A stretch of DNA of 64,000 nucleotides from the human T2T-CHM13v2.0 reference genome, Homo sapiens. Positions 56,081-64,000 of this stretch are shown piece by piece (the first letter of the stretch is position 1; every line of letters starts with the position of its first letter). The stretch lies in the NCBI RefSeq assembly GCF_009914755.1, contig NC_060926.1; one strand, 5' to 3'. The notes below the pieces were generated by a model that saw only the letters and a list, made by a program, of their open reading frames with translations, was not told the DNA's origin and did no database searches. A program made the position numbers and the translations under genes.

Positions 56081-56656
56081 ATTCTCTGTATCTGGCTTTC
56101 ACGAATTCAATTGTATTCCAATTCCCTTTAAATACCAAGCTTCCTGGAAAAGTGGTTTACAGTTATTATCCCTGTATCTTTCATGCAGGATTTACTCCAT
56201 AACCCCTGGCAATCTGCCTCTTGTCAATATCAGTCCATTGAACTTCTCTTTAAAATTCACCAATTGCTTTTTGGTGGCCAAATGATAACCTCTTCAGTCC
56301 TCACCACAATACTGATCACAGTCATTAAGCATTTACTATATACCATATACTGTTTCCTTAGTGCTTATAATAATACCATGAAAAGGTAATACTTTCTTTA
56401 CATAGATTATAAAAATATAATATGAAAATTTAAAATGATTTTTTTCAAAATTTGTCTAGATGATAAACATTTGTGGCAGTAATTAAAACTATGGGCTATA
56501 CAAAATTAAAAATCCCAAACTACTGTCACTAAGCAGGAGAAAAATTTACATCCAAAATATGAATGCCATATACAGCATAAGAAGGTAATTCAGTTCTGTC
56601 TTTATTCAATCTACAGACATCCCCAAATACATTATCAAATGTTAATTTAATATAGT

Positions 56657-59118
56657 TGATATGGTTCCAAATCTCATGTTGAAATGTGATTCCCAATACT
56701 GGAGCTGGGGCCAAGTGGGAGGTATTAGATCATGGATGTAGATCCTTCATGAATGGATTAGTGCTATCCCCTTGGTGATGAGTTAGTTCTCACTCTGTTA
56801 GTTCACGTGAGATCTGGTTGTTTAAATAGTGTGGCAGCTCCCCACCAACCTTGCTTCGGCTCTCACCACATGATACACTTTCTTATCCTTTGACTTTATG
56901 CCATAAATGGAATCTTCCTGAGGCTTAACCAGAAGCCAAGGATATGTCAACCAAAGAGATGTATGCTTCCTGTACAACCTGCAGAACCATGGGCCAATTA
57001 AATCCCTTTTCTTTATAAATGACTCAGACCCAGATATTTGATTATAGGAATGCAAGAATGGACTAACACAGAAGATTGGTAACAGGAGTAGAGTGTGCTA
57101 TAAAGATACTTGAAAATATGGAAGCAGCTCTGGAACTGGGTAATGGGCAGAAGTTGGAACAGTTTGAAGGGCCCAGAAGGATAGGAGGATAAGAAAAAGT
57201 TTGGAACTTATTAGAGACTGGTTAAATAGTTATGATCAAAATGCTGATGGAAATATGGACAGTGAAGTCCAGGCTGATGTCTCAGAAGAAAACGAGGATC
57301 TTATTGGGAACTAAAGTAAAGGTCATTAAATGTTACATCCTAGCAAAAAGCTTGGCTGCATTGAGTCCAGGTCCTAGAGATCTATGGAAGTTTTAACTTA
57401 AGAGTAACAACTTGTAGTATCCACCAGAACAAATGTCTAAGCAGCAAAGCATTCACAAAGTGGTGTGGCTGCTCCTAAACACATATAATCAAATATAAAA
57501 GCAAAGGAATAACTTAACATTGGGCCTTATATTTAAAAGGGAAGCAGAGCATAAACGTTTGGAAAATTTGCAGCCTGACCATGTGGCAGAGAGAGAGAAA
57601 AAATAAAGCATTTTTAGGAGAGAAACACAAGAGGGCTGTGGAAAACCATGTACTAAACAGCATAACTGAAAGGGAGCCAAGTGCTAATAACCAAAACAAT
57701 AGGAAAAAGGCCTTGAAGGCATTTCAGAAGTTTTCAGGACAGTCCCTCCTTTCACAGGCCCAGAGGCCTAGGAGGAAAGAATGGTTTCATGGGCTAAACT
57801 CTTGTTGCTGCTGCCCTATACAACCTTGAGAGGTTGCTCCCTGCATGCTGGCTGCTCCAGCTCCAGCCATGGCTCAAAAGGCCCCAGATATAGTTGAGGC
57901 TGCATCTTTGGAGAGCACAAGACACGAAAAGCCTTGGCAGCTTCCACATGGTGTTAAGTCTGCTGGTGCACAGAATGCAAGAGTAAAGGAGGCTTGTCAG
58001 CTTCCACCTAGATTTTAGAGGTTGTATGAGAAAGCCTAAGTGCCCAGGTAGAAATCCACCCAGGGACAGAGCCCCTGCAGAGATTCTCTACTAGGGAAAT
58101 GCCAGGGAAAATGTGGGGTTAAAGCTGCACACAAAGTCCCCATATGGGCACTGCCTAGTGGAGCTGTGAGAAGGCAGCCACTTCCCTCCATACTACACAA
58201 TGGTAGAGTCACCAGTAGCTTGCTTCCTGAGCCTGGAAAATCCACAGGCATGCAACTCCAACCTGTGTAAGCAGCCATGTGGGTTGCCCGCTGCAAAGCC
58301 ATAGTGGCAGAGCTGCCCAAGACCTTGGAAGACCACTCCTTGTATCATTGTGCCCTGGTTATGGGACATGGTATCAAGGACTATGTTGGAGCTTTAAGGT
58401 TTAATGTGTGCCCTCCTGGGTTTCAGACTTGCATTAAACTTGTTGCCCCTTCCCTTTGGCTGATGTATCCCTTTTGGCATGGGAATGTTTACCTAATACC
58501 TATAGCACTATTGTATCTTGGAATAAAACAACTTGTTTTTAATTTCATAGGCTCATTGTTGGAAAAAACTCATCTTTGGATAAGACTTTGAACTTGGGAC
58601 TTTTGAGTTGGGGGTAGAGGAGGTTAAGACTGTTGGAAAAGGATAACTGAACTTTGCCATATGAGAAGGACATGAGATTTTGGGGGCTGGGGCGGAATTA
58701 TATAGTCTAGATGTGTGTCCCCTCCAAGTCTCATGTTGAAATGTGATCCCTGATGTTGGAGATAGGGCCTAGTGGGAAGTACTGGATCATGGGAGTGGAT
58801 CCTTCATGAATGGTTTGGTGCCATCCCCTTGATGCTGTACTTATAATAATGAGTGAATTCTTACTCTGAGTTCGTGCCAGATCTGGTTGTTTAAAAGAGT
58901 GTTGCACATCCCCCTTTCTTGTTCTCACTGTGTGACATACCTGCTCCCCTTCACCTTCTGCCATGATTGTAAGCTTCCTGGGGCCCTCAGCAGAAGCAGA
59001 TATTGGCATCATGCCTCCTGTATTGTCTACAGAACCATGAGCTAATTAAACTCCTTTTCTTTATAAATTATCCAGTCTCAGATATTCTTTTATAGCCATA
59101 CAAGAACAGACTAATGCA
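56657..59118 (+). mobile_element. Complete MSTB-type MaLR provirus (5' LTR 56657-57070, internal 57071-58697, 3' LTR 58698-59118)
   Basis: Two MST LTRs in direct orientation; MST-int start gaagattggtaacaggag..ggaactgggtaatgggcag; purine tract gggggctggggcggaa; 5-bp TSD ATAGT on both sides. Confidence 0.93.
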
Positions 59119-59395
59119 ATAGTCATTAAAGATAATTAATTATACTTCTTGGTACACAGACACTTGTATTCTATTAACCAGAAAACAAATGGATCTTGCT
59201 TAGCTCTCCCTGATTTGCAAATATCATAATCATCTTTGGTGTGTCTCATTTACTAGTCTTTTAAAACTAAGTAGCTGCTATTCAAGATGTCCACCAACTG
59301 TAACCTCTGTCCCAACACAAACACAAACTCAATCCATTTCCACTTGGTTGTTTGATGTACATGACATAATGGTTGTAATTGCCAGCAATCACGTG

Positions 59396-62300
59396 GAGGA
59401 GAGTGACATCAGCAAGATGGCCAACTTAGATGCCCCTAGCACATGTCCCCCTGGAAAAGACAACCAGAACAATGAATAAACACCTATACTTAAACAAAAA
59501 TAACTGAAGGAGAGTGTTGGGGTGCATCAGAGAAGTAACAGAAACCCTGATGAGCACTGAAACTATGGATGGCCACAGAGAGAATAAAAGGAAATGTGTA
59601 ACCTCCAACCACCATCCCCTAACTGGGATCAGCTGGGATCTAGGAGGAATTTCTCCCTATGACGGGAAAGTAGGCAAGTGGATCCCAACAACTGCCATTC
59701 ACATTTTAGACACACTAAATACTTTACCACTAGGATCTCCTGCAGTTCTCAAAGGTACTATGTCCTGCTGAGGGAATTGTCTTGAGTCCTCACAGCTGGG
59801 ATTCTCTCAGAGAAGGAAACGATACTGTGCCCTGCTCCTTGTGGCCCATATGGTGACTGCTGCATGCCATCTTGGAATAAGAACTATGACTTGACTGTAT
59901 CTTGCTCCAGGAGTGAGGAGCCACAGCTCTCCTTCATCCCCAAGGCTAAACCTCCACTGAACCACAGCCGCCCAGTGATCTGACTTACCCAAGCTGAGCT
60001 GCCAGCAACTCTGACACCCTTCCCCATGGGGCCAAGTGGAGTTGGAACCACTTCGACTACCACTTCCCCTGCCCGATTGGGCTAGAGCTGAAGTGGTACA
60101 TTCAGAGCAGTATACTTCTTCAATGCCTAAGCTGAAGCAACACCTTACAGCCCAGAATAGTCATGTCTCCAGGCCTCAGCTGAAGTGGCACATCACCCCC
60201 TGGAGAATGAGAGCCTTGGCTAAGCTGAGCAATCATGCATCCCAGGGCTGAGCCTACAGATTACCCCACATCCCAGGGAAACAGAGACACCATGCCCTAC
60301 AGGCAAACAACTCTAGTACTCTGCTTCCCTCATGCTAGACTACCCCCTATCAAGTCTGAGATGCTGAGGCATACTTTTCAGTGGGGAGTGGAGTCATCAC
60401 CTTGCTGTTCCCTGCCTCCCCAGGGCTTAAACACCAGCTGTCCTTCACCATTCTGGGGGCTTGCTGCCACTGCACCTGACCTCATAGAGTTTGGGACACC
60501 AGCAAGACCCAATGTCCTAGAGTCTACAGTTACTACTACACAGTGTTTCACCCCCTGGGAACCAAGTTGCCATTGAACCCTATTGGTTCAAGTTGCAGAA
60601 CTGAAATCATACCAAATCTCCAAAGCACACTTTCTTCCCCACAGGCTAGTGTTGTACTCTGCCCCCCAGGGTAGAATTACAGCTACAATCCAGCCCCTTG
60701 GGCTCAAGCTGCTAGAGAGAAGTTACCTCCGAGTCACAGCTCCTGACTCTGTGAGCAACATACATCCAACCTTGCCACAGAAAGCAAACCTGCTCCCTGA
60801 AACCCAGATGCCACAATAGGTTCATGAGACCCTGAGCCTAGCCATCTAGCTCCATAGCTTCTTTGAACACCTCCACCTGGACCCCAGTACCACTGCACTC
60901 TTTGGTAGGCTATTTCAGGCCTTATCAAGAGGGATGCCCTAAACTAAGTCTCCCTATGGTGGGGAAAATGAGAATAGGAGAACCCTAAAAGCCTTTAACA
61001 CTGAGGACATTAGTAACCTGTGTTGCCACTGCCACTGTCATAAACTTCGACAGCATAGGCCACTGAGGTGGCCATAATTGTTGCTGCATAGAGACTGTAG
61101 CAGTGTACCTGTCTGTTAAGAGAATCACCACACCCTTCTCAGTCAGCACACTAAAACCCAACTGCAGTTGAAATTCTTTCTCTACAAAAGCCATTTTACA
61201 AAGTTTGGAATAGGTGATTACTAGAACCAGATTCATAGACATCAATGCAGGGACACAAGAAACATACAATGACAAGGAAACATGACAGTAACACAGGAGC
61301 ATAATAACTCTCTAGTAACAGATCCCAATGAAAAGGAAATTGATGCAATTCCAGAAAATAAAATTCAAAATAAAGAGCTGAAAGAAACTCAATGAAATAC
61401 AAGAAAATACAGGTAAACAATTTAAAAAAATTGGTAAAACAATTTATAATTTGAATGAGAAATTTAACAAAAAGTTAGAAAATTTTTAAAAAGATCCAAA
61501 CAGAAATTCTAAAGCTGAAGAATTCAATGAATGGAATTTAAAAATACAGTTGAGAGATTCAACAGCAGACTTGATCAAATAGAAGAACTAATCTATGAAC
61601 CTGAAAAAAAATCACTTGAAATTATACAGTTGAAGAAAAAGAAGAAATAAAAATCATGAAGAGTGAAGAAACTCTACAAGATTTGTGGAATATCGTTAAG
61701 TGAAATGGGAATTCCAGGAGATAAGAAAAGAAAATAGGCATAGAAATTTCATACAATAAAATAACAGCTGAAAACTTCCTATATCTGTGGCGAGATGTAG
61801 ACATCCAGATTCAGGAAGCTCCAAGGTCCTCAAATAGATTCAACCCAAAAAGGTCTTTCTTTAGGCACATTATAATCAAATTCTCAAACGTCAAAGACAA
61901 AGAGATAATTCTACAAACAGGAAGATAAAAGTGTCAAGTCACATATAAGTGACTAACATTAGACTAACAGCGTATTTCTCTACAAAGCTTTTTAGGCCAG
62001 GAGAAAATGGGATGATATATTCAAAGTGATGAGTATAAATTATAACCAAGAATACTATACTCAGCAAAGATATCCTTCACAATGAGGGAGAAATAAAGTA
62101 TTTCCCAGATAAGCAAAGGGAATTCAACACTAGACCAGTGTTCTAAAAAATGTTCAAAGTAGTCCTAAGTAGGGAAGCTAAAAGACAATAATCTCTATCC
62201 TGAAAACATATGCAGCGGCTCATGCTTGTAATCCCAGCACTTTGGGAGGCCGAGGTGGGTGGATCACCTGAGGTCAGGAGTTCAAGATCAGCCTGACCAA

Positions 62301-64000
62301 CGTGGTGAAACCCCATCTCTAGTAAAAACACAAATAAATTAGCTAGGCGTGGTGGCAGGTGCCTGTAATCCCAGCTACTTGGAAGACTGAGGCAGGAGAA
62401 TAACTCGAACCCTGGAGGCAGGGATTGCAGTGAGCCAAGATCACACCACTGCACTCCAGCATGGGCATGACAGAGCAAAACTGTGTCTCAAAAAAACAAA
62501 ACAAAAAGTATAAACTCAATGGTAGAACAGATATACAAAGGAGAAAGAAAATAATCAAACCTTAGAACTACAGAAATCCACCAAGCTGCAATAATAAATA
62601 ATAAAAGAGGAAGAAAGTATATACAAAACTATCAGAAATCAATCAATACTATGACAGAAATAAGCCCTCAGATATAAGTAACAACTTTGAATGTAAACAG
62701 ATTTAATCTTCCACTTAACTTGTATAAAAAGATGGAATGGATTTTAAAAAATGTCCCCACCATAAGCTACTTATAAGAAATTTTACTTCACCTTTTAAAA
62801 TGCATATAGACTGAAAGTAAAGGGATGGAAAAAGATATGCTACGCAAATAAAAACCAAAAGTGCGCAGGAGTACCTACACTTATATGAGCTAAAACATAC
62901 TTAAGTCAAAAACTGTGAAAACAGAATCATTATGTAATAAGAACAGGATCAATTTCACAAGCAGATATGACAATTATAAATATATATGCACCCAACATTG
63001 GAACACCCAGATGTATAAAACAAATATTATTAGATCTAAAGAAAGAGATAAACTCTAATACAATAGTAGTTGGTGACTTCAACATCCCACTTGCAGCATT
63101 GGAAAGACCATCTAGACAGAAATTCAATAAAGAAACATTGGATTTAAACTGCAATTTAGACCAAATGGTCCTAACAGATATTAAAAGAACACTTCATCCT
63201 ACAACTGAAAAAGACATATTCTTTTCATCAGCGCATGGAATATTTTCCAGCATAGACCACATGTTAGGCCACAACACAAGTCTCAAGAAATTTAAAGGAA
63301 TTAAAATAATACAAAGTAATTCTTTTCTGACCACAATGGAATAAAGCTAGAAATGAATCACAAGAGGAACTTTTGAAATTGGACAAATGCATGGAAATGA
63401 AACAACATACTCCTGAAAAACCAATAGGTCAATGAAGAAATTAACAAGAAAATATTTAAAATTGTTGAAACAAAAATAGAAACACAACATAGGAAAACCC
63501 ATGAGATACAGCAAAAGAAGTATCAAGAGGGAAGGTTAGAAGAGAAAAGCTTACATCGAAAAAGTAGAAAGATTTCAAATAAACAACCTAACATCTCATC
63601 TCAAAGAACTAGTAGAGCAAAAACAAATCAAATCCAAAATTAGTAGAAGGAAAGAAATAAGACCAGAGTATAAGTAAATACATAAAATTAAGACAGAAAA
63701 TGCAAAAGATCATGGAAACATAAAGTTGTTTTTCGCAAAGATAAAATTGTCAAACCATTAGGTATACACTGTTGGTGGGAATGTAAATTAGTACAACTAC
63801 TATAGAAAGCAGAATAGATATTTCTACAAAACTAAAAGTAGAATTACCATATAATCCAACAATTCCACTACTGTGTATATATCCAAAAGAAAGAAAAACT
63901 CAGGGATATTGGCCTAAAATTTTCTTGGAGGACATTATGTTAAGTGAAATAAGCCAGGCACAGAAAAACAAATACTGCATGTTCTCATCCAGATACAGAA
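59396..64000 (+). mobile_element. L1MA-type element with retained 5'UTR, decayed ORF1 and ORF2 endonuclease, and an internal deletion; runs off the window end
   Basis: 5' end gagagtgacatcagcaagatggcc; GC-richer UTR to ~61250; ORF1 remnants; EN peptide INIYAPN..VGDFNIPL..SSIDHMLG (62967-63344); jump to the ORF2 end near 63762. Confidence 0.9.
62210..62506 (+). mobile_element. AluSx-like, inserted in L1MA
   Basis: Dimer with gatcacctgaggtcaggagttc; A-rich tail. Confidence 0.93.

Overview
AT-rich, CpG-poor primate (most likely human) intronic or intergenic DNA, made up mostly of transposable-element relics. These include Alu J/S/Y and FLAM, L1 (L1PB, L1MA/MB/MC-ME types), MaLR LTRs (THE1, MLT1, and a complete MSTB-type provirus with both LTRs and a TSD), ERVL (MLT2A, LTR33/LTR16-like), ERV1 (two LTR1-family solo LTRs and a decayed LTR plus gag remnant), MIR, L2 and DNA transposons. 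I found no protein-coding gene, tRNA, rRNA, CpG island or CRISPR array. The ORF track is explained by repeats or chance. The most unusual signals are several short, locally templated copy events: a direct plus inverted duplication in an MLT1 LTR, a 34-bp perfect copy flanked by an 8-bp duplication, and a ~110-bp inverted copy with a junction hairpin. There are also nested TE stacks, trimeric or chimeric Alus, and a few candidate non-coding exons and enhancer motifs. Subfamily names come from my memory of consensus sequences and need RepeatMasker/Dfam confirmation. I see no convincing new biological system.
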